Assembly (NCBI GenBank): GCA_964016885.1 | Contig: OZ024755.1 | Coordinates: forward strand, 21,514,001 to 21,578,000 | Direction: 5' to 3' | DNA: 64,000 nt | DNA from: Eledone cirrhosa | Lineage: Eukaryota | Translations under genes and position numbers: made by a program | The notes under the pieces: model-generated | Told to the model about the DNA's origin: nothing | What the model saw: only the letters and a program-made list of their open reading frames with translations | Database searches by the model: none | In this document: piece after piece, positions 1 through 13,441 of the stretch | Layout: each line of letters begins with the position of its first letter | Position numbering within the stretch: the first letter of the stretch is position 1

Positions 1-813
1 ACGTGATCATCATCATCATCTTAATTAACACTGATACTTACTTGCACACACGTACTCTCTGGCCACACTATATCAGGCACATCGAATTTCTCTAGCCTAC
101 ACTCCCACAATAGTGACAACAACACTCAGCAATCTACAAGTGAGCACACACACAATAAATGAATGAACGCCACAACACAACCAACCATTCGATTCGCTAT
201 ATATATATCAATAAAAATAATCCGAGGTCATATTCATTTGGTTTTTGTTTATGAAAATCCGTAACTTTACAACCGACAGATCATTATGTGGTCCTCACAC
301 CGTTGTTTAATTGGCAACGTAAGTATTTAAATATATATCTTTATATTTATGTACATAATATGACAAACCTGGAAGAATTTGATGAAGTTTAACATTTTTT
401 TTTATCGACAACGTATGTAAATGATTTTCATAGTTTTTCTTATTTCATTTTTCTTACAGATGTCCGGCCTGCTCTGTTGTTTGCCGTAACCACTGAGGGA
501 AAGATTTTACAAGTGGAAGTTTCCTGAATAGTGATGAAGTGTCTGTTAATAAAAAAAATGTTTACATATTATTTACAAATTGTATGAAAAAAGATTTGGT
601 TAATAAAAGAATCTTTGCAAATTATTTACGAGTTGTGATTAGTTACGAGAAAAAATATAAAAAATTCTACATATTGTATACGAGTTTGACAATGAAAATG
701 AAAAAAATTAGCCTAATAAATGGCTTCTAATTACTTCTCTTTGTAAAAAGTAATGGAAGCAACTATTCAATATTTTTTTTAATTTCAATCACAGAGGGGG
801 GCCCCCCCGTTAG

Positions 814-917
814 TTTTTTTTTTTATTTCTCCACTTTAGAGGCATCAGTTCCTCGCTCCATGCCTTTAACCATGCATGAGTATCTGATGCCTCTAAAGTG
901 GAGAAATAAAAAAAAAA
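814..917. repeat. Hairpin / inverted repeat (about 34-bp arms)
   Basis: ttttatttctccactttagaggcatcag ... ctgatgcctctaaagtggagaaataaaa. Confidence 0.9.
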
Positions 918-1251
918 CAAAATGGCGTCCCGTTTCATATAGGTTTTTTTTTCGACATTTTCAAAGACATTCTTAGTTTCTTTTCGTACGTCTTACTCAG
1001 TTTCTCGTGGACTTGATTTCTTTATTCATTTTTGTTAAAGTAAAATGAACACAATTCGTATATAATATGTAAACTTTCTTTATTCATTTTTGTCAAAATA
1101 AAATAAAATGAAAACTTTCTTGATACGGCAGACAGCACAGGATATGAACTTGAAGGCTGGACATCTGTAAAAAGAAATGAACATACGTTATCAATAAAAA
1201 GAATATTAAACTTGATAAAATTCATCCAATTTTGTCTTTTATTATATATAC

Positions 1252-1506
1252 ATTCTTAGTTTCCTCTATTTAAATGTATATATAATAGTTTCTACTTTTG
1301 GCACAAGGCCAGCAATTATCCAGTACATTATTTTATCGACCCCGTAAGGATGAAAGGCAAAGTTAATCTCGACGGGATTTGAACTTTGCCTTTCACCCTT
1401 ACGGGGTCGATAAAATAAAGTACCAGTAATCTACTGGGTAATTTGCTGGCCTTGTGCCAAATGTAGAAACAATTATATATACATTTAATTAGAGGAAACT
1501 AAGAAT
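1252..1506. repeat. Fold-back of two inverted SINE 3' halves plus flanking DNA
   Basis: attcttagtttcctcta...ggcacaaggccagcaa mirrored by ttgctggccttgtgcc...tagaggaaactaagaat. Confidence 0.85.
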
Positions 1507-1514
1507 ATTAATGA

Positions 1515-2660
1515 AGTGTTGAAAAGGAACAAAGAAAGTAAATGAAGAAACTAAGAATGTAAATGGTTCTATGTTACGTGGGTTAATGTGATATCGATCT
1601 AGGTAACACTAACTAACAGTTAACTGTTGAAAAGGAACAAAGAATCGTAAGGACAAACTAAGAATGTAAATGGTTCTATGTTACGTGGGTTAATGTGTTA
1701 TCGATCTAGGTAACACTAACAGTTAACTGTTGAAAAGGAACAAAGAATCGTAAGAAGAAACTAAGAATGTAAAGGTTCTATGTTACGTGGATTAATGTGA
1801 TATCGATCTAGGTAACACTAACAGTTAACTGTTGAAAAGGAACAAAGAATCGTAAGGAGAAACTAAGAATGTAAATGGTTCTATGTTACGTGGGTTAATG
1901 TGATATCGATCTAGGTAACACTAACTAACAGTTAACTGTTGAAAAGGAACAAAGAATCGTAAGGACAAACTAAGAATGTAAATGGTTCTATGTTACGTGG
2001 GTTAATGTGTTATCGATCTAGGTAACACTAACAGTTAACTGTTGAAAAGGAACAAAGAATCGTAAGGACAAACTAAGAATGTAAATGGTTCTATGTTACG
2101 TGGGTTAATGTGATATCGATCTAGGTAACACTAACAGTTAACTGTTGAAAAGGAACAAAGAATCGTAAGGACAAACTAAGAATGTAAATGGTTCTATGTT
2201 ACGTGGGTTAATGTGTTATCGATCTAGGTAACACTAACAGTTAACTGTTGAAAAGGAACAAAGAATCGTAAGAAGAAACTAAGAATGTAAAGGTTCTATG
2301 TTACGTGGATTAATGTGATATCGATCTAGGTAACACTAACAGTTAACTGTTGAAAAGGAACAAAGAATCGTAAGGAGAAACTAAGAATGTAAATGGTTCT
2401 ATGTTACGTGGGTTAATGTGATATCGATCTAGGTAACACTAACTAACAGTTAACTGTTGAAAAGGAACAAAGAATCGTAAGGAGAAACTAACAATGTAAA
2501 GGTTCTATGTTACGTGGGTTAATGTGATATCGATCTAGTTAACACTAACTAAATGGTTCTATGTTATGTGGGTTAAAGTGATATCGATCTAGTTAACACT
2601 GATCAACAGTTAACCTTTGATATCGATCTAGTTAACACTGATCAACAGTTAATCTTTGAT
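1515..2660. repeat. Tandem satellite, 102-107 bp unit, about 10 copies, degenerating on the right
   Basis: Unit anchor ctaagaatgt at 1551, 1658, 1761, 1863, 1970, 2073, 2176, 2279, 2381, 2488; contains the palindrome aacagttaactgtt. Confidence 0.97.
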
Positions 2661-3879
2661 TACGATGATGATATCGAAAAAAAATTCGTTCAAAACTTAA
2701 GTCGTCAAGCTTTACTATCGTGAGTTCGATTCTCAGACCGGACTTTGCGTTGTGTTCTTGAGCAAGACACCTTATTTCCCGTTGCTCCAAATCACACAGT
2801 AGCAATTAGTTGGACAACAAAAGGTTTCTTTCTACGTACAAGAGAATATATGTGTGGGAGAAATGAAGTTGCAATGCTTCATTGGGTATGAAATCTAATA
2901 ACAATGTAGCTGTATATAGAGGTTTCTTAGAAGGAAAGGTATATTCCTTTATAGAGAAGGTTTATATATTTTTCTTAATAGACAGTATTTAGCAAAAAGA
3001 GAAGATGGTAAAAACTATTTTTGTCTCAAGAATATCTGTTAGTGTTGAGAAGGTTTACTATGTATTCAATAAAGAAAGATCTACAGAATGATGTTTATAG
3101 AGAGAAATTTGTGTTATATTTCTTAGAAAGTTTGTATATAGTCTCGAGGTGACTTAGTTTAGTTTCTTAGAAGAGGTAACACTATTTGTATGTGTATTTT
3201 TTATTTATTTATTTAAAAGAAAGCACGTGTCGAGAGGGTGAAGATGTTCCAGAAAGCCACATAAAATACCTCTTCACGTGAACACAATATCCAAAGTGTG
3301 AGAGTTATTGACATAAAGTGTGTATTTAATAAAATGTAAGATAGTTCGAGTATAGAGCAAAGAAATCATTACATACCTCCATACACGAGGAAAGTAATAT
3401 CCAAAATGAATTTTTTTCAAAGAACCGGAAGTCATTCGAAAAAACAGAAGAGTTCCATAAAGAGGAGGTAACTCTCAATAAAAGGAAAGCAAAAATAATT
3501 ACTCGCGCAATCCAGGACGCATGCTAGCATATAGCAAACAGTTCCAGTTGCCGAGGCCGCGATAGAATGGCCATAGAATGGCCATGCCATACACAAGTAG
3601 GTGATGAAGTCCGAATCGCTGTGCGCGTCACACGCGAAGCCACAATAATACTCTATAAATTAGTCATACTTATAGCTAAAATTTTTTTTTTTTTTTTAAA
3701 TAGAAGCAAGCAAGCTAGATAACACGCCTCAGAATATATTGTGTTACCTTACTCTCATTCCCTTTCTATATATAAATTAATTGAAAAATTAGTATATATA
3801 TATATATATATAAAGTTTGTTTAGTACACTGACTATTTTCAACACTAACTTCCAGAAACCTGCCAACCACCTAATAACC

Positions 3880-6800
3880 TACAAATCTGGCAAGCACATA
3901 AGCCAGATTAACTTCTTAGGCAGCGGGATAGGCAGATAGTGTCTAATACCAAGGCATACCCTGGGGAAGAATGTACCCCACAGCATAGGTTAGTCGTTAG
4001 TGATATCTCAGTAAGCAAGAGATGGAATGAGACATACAGGAAGGTGTGAAGAAAGGTCTGGACGCTAAAAGACCTTTCACTAAAATACAAATTTAGGAAA
4101 GCCCTTCAAGATGTGTATGACAAAAAAGACGACGATTTAGAGACGTACGACATAGATCATCATCACCGTTTTACATCCGTTCTTCCATGCTAGCATGGGT
4201 TAGACGGGTTGTCCTGTTGTGGGCAGTGTCTGGTCGGCTGACCATGCCTTGCTCATACATGAACTGATTTTGGCTTGATTTCTACAGCTGGATGCCCTTC
4301 CTAACACCAACCTCATTTACAGTGAGTGCTGGGTGCTTTTTCCGTGGCACCTACACGTCCACATTACAGTGTGGGCTGGGTGCTTTTTTTGCCATGGCAC
4401 CTCCACGACCACCTTGTAGTGGGAGGGTGTGGGGGCATATTGTCTATATGCTTCAGTTTGTACCCATGGGAGGTCGGGTACTCTATATTACTGCATGACG
4501 CCAGAGGTCACGGTCGTGTGTCATCGCCTTTGAGAGGTGTAATTGGGTAAGGTCGGCTTTTATCACCTCATCCCAGGTCTTCTTGGGTCTCCCCACTCCG
4601 CGGTTTCCATTGACTTCTAGTGCTCTGCACCTTTTTATGCAGATGTCATCCTTCATACGCATCACATGTCCATACCAACGCAACCGCCTCTCCTGCACAC
4701 AGCATTTGATTCCTCTTATGCTCAGTCTCTCTCTCAATTCATTTATGCTTTGTCGTTCACGTATATTACTATTACATATCCATCGGAGCATGCAGGCTTC
4801 GTTTCTTTCTAATCTACATAAGTCTTCCACCTTCAGCGCCCAGGTCTCACTACCATGTAACATTGCTGTTCGGATACACGCATCATACAGTCTGCCTTTC
4901 ATCTTGAGGGAGAAGCCTTTTGCAGCTAGCAGTGGTAGTAGTTCCCTAAACTTCTTCCATCCCGTTCTTACCCTAGTTATTGTACTTTCTGAACACCCAC
5001 CTCCGCTGCTAATTCGGTCACCTAGGTAGCAGAAGCTGTCTACTGTTTTTACAGAGCCCTCCCAGAGATTGGTGGTACTTGTTTCCTGTTTGCTGCTTGC
5101 TGTCCCAGCACACTTGCTGCATGTGAAGCCTACATTCTTAATTAAGCTTCCTGAGATCCCGCTACATCTCTCGTGTACCCATTGTTTGCATTTGGGGCAG
5201 AGAATGGAGTTCCTACCTACACCTTTCCTACATACTGAGCAAGGCCATTTCTCTGAGGGGATCTGGGTTCTGTTAATAACTGGAATTTCTTACGTGACAA
5301 CTTGCTGCAGGCTTCTGATGAAATTTGGTGACCTGGTGGTGGACCAGCACAGTAGATAAAGTCATTAGAGACAAAAGACTAGCATGGAAGGCTTGAAAAA
5401 AGGGTGGGAGTAGGGAAGGACATACAGCCACTGAGAGAGAAGCTAGACGTCAGGTGTTCTGCAACGGGAAGATCAGAGGCGTGCGGTGTTACACATTGCA
5501 AGGCAGTGTGTCAATGCAAATCAGGATGTTGTTGGAGATAAATGTCTCCGGAATGATGCCAGTGTACTTAGTGTCACGAATGATCAGAAAAAGGAGGCCT
5601 GGAAATGTCATGAGAGACTGATGAATGTGGAGAACGAATGGGAGAGAGAGAAATTACCCTTAGTAGATCCGACAGAGGGACCAGCTATTGAGATTGACGA
5701 ATATAGGGTCCAAGAGGCGATTAAGGAAATGAAAAATGGTAAGGCTGCTGGACCATCGGGGATAGTTGCTGAAGGCATCAGGGGACGTAGGCACTAAACT
5801 GGTTGCATGCATCATCAATCAGGCTATATATGGTGGTGTCATACCCAAAGACTGGTGCAGCAGTATTCTCATAAATTGCTACAAAGGTAAAGGGGATGCT
5901 CTGGAGAGGAGCAATTATAGGGGTATAAAACTGATGGATCAGGTTATGAAAGTGGCAGAAAGGATATTAGCACAACTAATTAGAGAAAGGGTCAAACTAG
6001 ATGAGATGCAGTTTGGTTTTGTGCCTGGGAAGAGTACAACAGATGCCCTCTTCTTGAGACAATTACAATAGATGCCTTCTTCGTGAGACAATTACAATAG
6101 ATGCCCTCTTCATGAGACAATTACAAGAGAGGTTCTTAGAGAAGAATAAGCAACTATACTTAGCCTTTATTGACATAGAGAAGGCCTTTGATAGGCTACC
6201 ACAATCTGGTGGTCCCTAAGGAAACTAGGTGTTAAGGAATGGCTTGTGAGGACAGTGCAAACTTTGTACAGAGGTACTGTCAGTAAAGTCAGTGAGGAAT
6301 TCCAGATATAAGTAGGAGTACATCAAGGTTCGGTCCTCAGCCCGCTCTTGTTCATTATAGTCCTCCATAACAGAGGAGTTTAAGACTGGCTGTCCATGGG
6401 AACTTCTCTATGCTGACAATCTGGTTCTTATAGCAGGATCAGTAGAGGAGCTAGAAAATAAATTTTGGCTATGGAAACAGCAGTTGGAAGCAAGAAGACA
6501 AAAGTGTTGATGAGTAGAAAAGAGGACAAAACTCTGATTCCGTCAGGGAAATGGCCATGTTCGATATGCAGAAAAGGAACTGACTGGCATAAATTCTATA
6601 AAATGCACACAATTCAGATCATGGGTACACAAGAGATATAGCGGGATAGCAGGCAAACTAACAGGTAGGGAGAAATACGTATGCAGTAGATATACGGGGA
6701 AATTAAACAGTAGAAGTCGCATTGATAGACACATTTTTCAAATGCAGGCGGGTGCTATAGAAGTGGTGGATAGCTTCCGGTACCTAGATCAGATTAGCAT

Positions 6801-7372
6801 GGGAAGGGGGTGTTCCAAGGCCATAGTATCTAGAATAAGGACGGGTTGGAAGAAGTTTGGGGAGCTGCTTCCTCTACTGACGAAGAAGGGTTTCTCCCTG
6901 CGTACGAAAGGCCGGTTATATGATGCCTGTGTGAGGAGCGCGATGCTGCATGGTAGTGAGACATGGGCAGCAACTGCAGAGGATATGCGACGGCTGGAGA
7001 GAAATGAGGCAAGCATGCTCTGTTGGATGTGCAGTGTCAATGTGCATGAATGTATTGAGAGAAACTGTCTGAGAGGGATAGAATGTAGTGTACGAGAGAG
7101 GAGACTGAGGTGGTATGGACATGTGATGCGCATGGAGAATGACCGATGGGTGAAGAAGTGCCAGGAAATGCCAGTTGAAGGAAGACGTGGTAGAGGTAGA
7201 GCACGAAAAACATGGGCGGAGGTGGTGAGAACAGACCTCAGATCGCTGAAGCTCACGGTGGAGATGACGAAGGACCGTGACAAGTGGAGAGATGCTGTGC
7301 TGAATAAGACTCGTCCCACCCTTGCAAGCAGGGAAGAGCGGACGTAAAATGATGATGCTGATGATGATGATG
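3880..7372 (+). mobile_element. RTE-clade LINE, decayed, interrupted by a nested insertion at about 4155-5271
   Basis: KAYPGEECTPQHRLVVSD, YKGKGDALERSNYRGIKL, QFGFVPGKSTTDA, GVHQGSVLSPLLF, LYAD, RERRLRWYGHVMRM, GRARKTW; (GAT)n tail; frameshifts and stops. Confidence 0.92.
4155..5271 (-). mobile_element. 5'-truncated RTE LINE (C-terminus + long 3' UTR) nested in the plus-strand RTE
   Basis: ORF 4483-4902 KGRLYDACIRTAMLHGSETW...QERRLRWYGHVMRM...GRPKKTW; (CAT)n tail at 4155. Confidence 0.9.
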
Positions 7373-8494
7373 TTCTAAGTTTATCATTGGATTTCCTTGT
7401 TGTTCAGTGTCTCAGAGTACAAGACTCTCCCTTGATAGGATACCGATCTATCGCAGGATTTACTCCCTAACTACTGAGTATACTGGAACAACATGAAATA
7501 AAGTTTTTTTCTTTTACACTTGAGTGTGTTGGCTGCTAACAACACAGAAAGAAGTATACAGCAGATTTCTTCCAGAGAAAGCTTTTAACAAAGTCCCCTG
7601 TTCTATTATCTGGAGTAAGAGAGACAGGCAAGATTTAACTGGCTGCTGCAGAAGTTTATGATCTTAAACTGTTTATTTCGCCATCTGACCTGGCAAGATT
7701 TAGTTAGCTGTAGAGGACCAGGGTTTAGCTGGCCCTAGAAAAGCCTACAAGCAAACCGCGCCCTAAAACCGTTACTTTCATCCTCTAACCTGGCCTCTAA
7801 CCATCGACCACATTTTATCTGATCATAGGCAATCACATGAGAAGTATATGCCTTAAAACTATTTCTTTCACCTGGTATTCACTGAGGTTAACCTGGCTGT
7901 AGAAGATTCTATGAGAAGTATATGCCCTGGAATTGCTTTTTTTCACCTTCTATTACTTTAGCCAGGCAATGACATAATTTTACTTTGTAACATATATATT
8001 TCTTCTTACTAGTAAAAAAAATTCTGGCTAAACCTATTTCTGGTTCATAGTTTATGGAAAAATATGTCACATATATCTGTCTTCCAGACAGATTACTTCC
8101 ATTCATTTCGTTTGCATATATATTATTTTCCACAAATTAAAAATATAGACTACCTACCTCCATATAGATGTCAGTCCAGCCACACTGACATTTATTAGTA
8201 AGTGGAAGACAACAAATATGAATAATACATAAATGGTTAATTAAACTGATATTTTTTATTAGTGAATATTATATGTTAATGAAGGACAGGTACACTGGTT
8301 CTCAATATTTCTAAGGCTCGCTGAATTGTCATGATGGAGACACAGTAAAACATATAGAATAGCACCCCAACAGCTGACTGCACCAGCTATGGGAAACTGA
8401 TGTATACTAGGGCTCCCACTAATTCTGCATAATGTTCAGTTGAGTAACATTTACAATACATATAGTTTCACTAACATGCAGCATTACTGTTTGT

Positions 8495-8850
8495 TTACAC
8501 GCATCATACAATATGCCCTTCATTCTGAGGGAAAACCTTTTGTAGCTAGCAGTGGTAGTAGCTCCCTGGACTTTTTCATCCCATTCTCATTCTGGCTACT
8601 GTACTTTTGAAACACTCTCTTCCACTGATTTGGTCATCCAGGTAATGGAAACAGTCGATTATTTCTACAGAGCCCTTTGGGCATTTTAAGGAGTTGGTAT
8701 CCTATGAGCTCTTGCTACTTAATGCACCTGAGATCCCACTAAATCTCTTGTGCAGCCATAGTTTGCATTTGGAACATAGGAAGATATTTCTACCTACTCC
8801 TTTCCTGCACACAGAGAAAGGCCATTCCCCAACAAATGCCAAGTAGAAGG
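8495..8850 (-). mobile_element. Old RTE fragment
   Basis: Diverged match to the RTE C-terminal region (LLPLLATKGF..RMKG). Confidence 0.7.
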
Positions 8851-8904
8851 ATTTACCTTTTAACTAGGTACTATATGCTGTGTTGTGTGCAGTACAAGTA
8901 AACT

Positions 8905-11465
8905 CATCATCATCATCATCATCACCGTTTTACGTCCGTTCTTTTGCAGCTAGCAGTGGTAGTAGTTCCCTAAACTTCTTCCATCCCGTTCTTACCCTAG
9001 TTATTGTACTTTCTGAACACCCACCTCCGTTGCTAATTCGGTCACCTAGGTAGCAGAAGCTGTCTACTGTTTCTACAGGGCCCTCCCCGAGATTGGTGGT
9101 ACTTGTTTCCTGTGGCTGCTTGCTGTCTCAGCACAGCTGCTGCATGTGAATCCTACATTCTTAATTAAGCTTCCTGAGATCCCGCTACATCTCTTGTGTA
9201 CCCATTGTTTGCATTTGGGGCAGAGAATGGAGTTCCTACCTACACCTTTCCTACATACTGAGCAAGGCCATTTCCCTGAGGGGATCTGGGTTCTCTTTTC
9301 TCGTCTACTTAAAAGGACCTTAGTCTTTGTCATGTTGACTTTGAGACCCTTTCTTTCTAGTCCCTGCTTCCAAGTTTGGAATTTATTCTCTAGTTCTACC
9401 ATAGATTCAGCTATGAGTGCGAGGTCATCAGCATACAGGAGTTCCCATGGGCATCCGGTCTTAAACTCCTCCGTTATTGCCTGCAGGACTATGATGAACA
9501 GGAGAGGGCTAAGAACAGAGCCCTGGTGGACCCCAACCTGTACGCTAAATTCCTCGCTATACTCATTGCTAATCCTAACTTTGCTGACTGCTCCCCTATA
9601 CATGGCTTGTACCGCTTTCACAAACCATTCATCTACTCCTAGTTTTCTAAGAGCCCACCAGATTACAGCACGTGGAACTCTGTCAAAGGCTTTCTCAAGG
9701 TCGACAAAGTAGAGTGGCTTACTTTTAGCTAGGTACTTTTCCTGTAATTTCCTCACAAGGAAGAGGGCATCGGTGGTGCCTCTTCCTGGTACAAACCCAA
9801 ATTGCATCTAGTCTATTTTCACCCGGTCCCTAATCAGCTGTGCTATAACTCTTTCTGTTACCTTCATGACCTGGTCCATCAACTTTATACCTCTATAGTT
9901 TCCTCTATCTAGTGCATCGCCTTTACCTTTGTAGCAGTTGACAATGATGCTACTGCACCAATCTTTTGGTATGGCACCTTCTAGTATTATCTGGTTAACG
10001 ATACATGTGGTTATAGTGTGACCTACAGACCCAAATGCCTTCAGCATCTCGGCAGCTATACCCGATGGACCGGTTGCCTTCCCCATCTTCATATCTTTGA
10101 TTGCCTTACTTACTACGCTGCTGCTGACTTGTACTGCTGGTCCCTCTATAGGGTCTACTTGGGGTAGGGTCTCTTCTTCCCATGCATTCTCCTCATTTAG
10201 TAATCTATCATAATGACTCTTCCATGCATCTTTCTTCTCAGCACTTATGAGGGCAAGCTCACCTTTATCATTCCGGATACACTTCTCTCCAATGACATCA
10301 CAACTATCTCTGACACACTGCCTCGCAATTTTGAATACCTCCTGTTTCTGGTCCTCACGTTGCAAAACATGCTTGAATTTTCTATCCTCTGCTTCCCTCC
10401 TAGCTAAGTATACTTGTCGCCTAGCTTCCTTCTTGGTCTCTATGTAATGTACCCTGCTCCCCCCGTTCTTCCATTCTTTCCATGCCTGTCTCTTGGCCTT
10501 AACTGCTTCATCTACCTTATTGTTCCACCACCAAGTCACTCTCCTCCTGCCTGTGGTCTTACTCCAGCCACAGACCTCATCCGTCGCCTCTAGTAAATTA
10601 TTTTTTAGGAACTCCCAGTTCTCTTCTACATTAAATGTCTCTATCTGTTCTTCTTTACTGTTGTAGGCGTTGAGTAAAATATCTTTAAATCTGTTACTGG
10701 TTGAGGGGACTTTCAGCTTCCAGATCTTTCTTCTCCAGGTTGGCCTCTGTTTCCGGGTTCGTCTAGTTCTGACCGTGAGGTCGCTGACAACTAAGCTGTT
10801 GGGATGTACATTCCTCACTAGGGAAGGCTTTTGTGTTTACGACCGTCCATCTGTCACGTCCTCTGATGAGGATAAAATCTAACTGACTAGAGTGTTCTCC
10901 TGATCTATAGGTGATCAGGTGGTTGTCGGGTTTTTTAAAGTTTGTGTTACATATCAACATGTCATTGGCGTCGCAGAATTCTAGAAGTCTGAATCCTTCC
11001 TCATTCCTTGTGCCAACCCCATGGCCTCCATGTACTCTATTGAAGCCGTCGCAGTGTTTACCTACGTGTCTGTTAAAATCTCCTGCGATGATTAGGAAGT
11101 CATTGTCGTCTGTTAGAGCAGTAGTGTGCATTAGGGACTCGTAAAACCTATCCTTAAGTTCGTCTGGCAGCCCCGATTGGGGTGCGTAAGCTGATATTAT
11201 TGTGGTAATTGTTTTATTCAGGACTAGTCTGAGTTTAATGATTCTTGCATTTACCCTGTACACTGAGATTACTTTATCTACCTACTTGTCAGCTAGTAGT
11301 ATACCTACACCACCCATCCCATCGTCATTTCCCACCCAGAAAAATTTGTAGCACCGACTTTTTCCTATGAGGACTCTAGCAGACTCTCCTCTCCATCTAG
11401 TCTCTTGCACACAGCATACATCAATTTCCTTTCGCTCTAGCATTTCTACGATTTCTCCTGCTCTT
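8905..11465 (-). mobile_element. RTE LINE with APE endonuclease and RT, internal 3' deletion
   Basis: DVCCVQETRW, ISAYAPQ, IIAGDFN, DLEKAFDRVPR, GVHQGSVLSPLLF, LLYADDL, C-terminal CSVC...CPKC..WVHKRC; (CAT)n tail at 8905. Confidence 0.95.
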
Positions 11466-11799
11466 AAACTATTAAAATAAATTTTAAATTGGTAAATGTA
11501 TAACATAGTTATTTTGAAAAATCTATAGGGGCATTATAAAAACAGTAATGGCAAGAGCAGGGGAAAACGAATAATAGAAGGATGTAAAATATTAAAAGTA
11601 GAAGAAATCAAAACCATGAAATAAATCTCCTTTGTAAAGAGCAAACAAACAAATGATGTACCTGTATGAAGATGTGGTATTGACTGCATTGCCGTGATTT
11701 TTATAAGAAAACATAGTTATAGATTTATAGGAATTTATTTTTAGTTTGGTTAAAACTTTTCAGTATACACAATTATAATATTCTGTATTACTGTAAACT

Positions 11800-12130
11800 G
11801 CAATGAACTAAGTGAGAAATTAGGAATAAGTGGGATCAGATACTTGAGAGAAGACTATGTTCGTATGGTCACGTGATGCGCATGAAAACGACAGCTGTAT
11901 AAGAAAGGGCAGGGCGATCAAAATTGATGGAAGTTACAGAGTAGGTAGACCCAGAAAAACTTGGGACGATTTGATAAATTCCGACCTTACACACTTACAC
12001 CTCTCTAAGACAATGTCACTGCACCGAGATCTTTGGCGCCATGCAGTAATACAGAAGACCCGCCTTGCCTATGTACAATGCGAAACCTACTGTCAGTAGG
12101 CACCTCTTAACCTAATATACACCCCTACTC
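11800..12130 (+). mobile_element. RTE 3' fragment
   Basis: VGRPRKTWDDLINSDLTHLHLSKTMSLHRDLWRHAVI. Confidence 0.8.
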
Positions 12131-12537
12131 CATCCTCCCACCAACACGACCCTTTCTCCAAGCCGAAATCTCAAGAACGATAACTGCGTCTTTACTTAAT
12201 CGCAAAAGTGGGTGATAAAAAGTTTCAGCAAACAAACAAATGATGTATCCATGACAGACTAGGGCATGTATCTAGTATTTCTTACAGTTGAGAAACAAAA
12301 AAGATAGAGATAAGTGAATATTCTACTTTTGGCACAAGACCAGCAATTATCCCCAGTGCATTACTGGTTCTTTATTTTATCGACCCTGTAATTAAGCATT
12401 AAAATCTTTATTTAAAAAAAATAGAAAGCAAAGGAAGCTGTAAAGCAGCTAGAATCTTGTTGTTGAATCTTTTCATAGGTTCCATGTACTCAAAGAGCCA
12501 TTATAGTAAATGTTCGGTAAACCCATACATACAAATA

Positions 12538-13441
12538 CGAGGTGGGTCAGAAAAGTTCCAGGACTGATGTCACAAAAGATTTATTTCAAACCCAAACTTC
12601 ATGCTAATGGTTTTCTCCTTCAAAGTAATCCCCCTGGAGTCTAATGCACTTTTCCATCCTTTTCTGCCATGCACTCCTGGAAGGATTCTTCCGGGATCCT
12701 CCGCAGTTCTGTCGTCACGGCCTTTTTGATGTCGTCCAAGTCTTCAAAACGGGTCCCCTATGGGTCGTACTCGAAGATCCATGACTCATCACCGGTGATG
12801 ACAGTCCCTAGCAAGTCTGGTTCGGTTTCAAGACGCTCGAGGATGTCCTGGCACACTTGCATGCGTCGACCCTTCTGGTTATCGTTCAGCAGTTTTGGCA
12901 CCACATTCGCGCAGACTTTCCCCATGTCCAAATCTTCAGTAAGAATCTTCCAGACGCTGTCCCGATTCATGCCCAGCTCATTTGCCATCAGTCGAACAGT
13001 CAGCTGACGATTGCTACGCACCATCTGCCTGACGCGCTCAACATTGACCTCAGTCCTGGTTGTTGAGGGCCTTCCAGTCCTGGTTGTTGAGGGCCTTCCA
13101 CTCCTGGGGTCATCTTCTGCGTCCTTCTTTAAACCTCTTGCACCACTCAAAAACATGTGAGCGTGACATCGTCTCATCTCCATACACTTGCTGCAGCAAT
13201 CCCAGTGCTTCTGATGGAGTTTTCAAGTTTGTTTGTTGCTCTGTGCTCATTGCTTGACGACCTGAAACAGAGGACATGTATATAAAATTATGAAGAAAAA
13301 AGTTTGATCGCTGCAGAGAGCTAAGATTACAGTTACATACTCCAGAGGGATTACTTTGAAGGCGAAAACTGTTACTGTGAAGTTTGGGTTTGAAATAAAT
13401 CTTTTGTGACATCAGTCCTGGAACTTTTCTGACACACCTCG
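12538..13441 (-). mobile_element. Mariner (Tc1/mariner) internally deleted element with long TIRs and TA target duplication
   Basis: TA|cgaggtgggtcagaaaagttccaggactgatgtcacaaaagatttatttcaaacccaaacttca ... inverted copy ending acacctcg|TA; transposase relics EDDPRSGRPST, ITGDESWIFEYDP. Confidence 0.93.

Noticed and set aside
1515-2660. CRISPR array
   Set aside because: Whole units repeat, there are no unique spacers and no cas genes, and the context is eukaryotic. The same applies to the 28-, 31- and 59/62-bp arrays.
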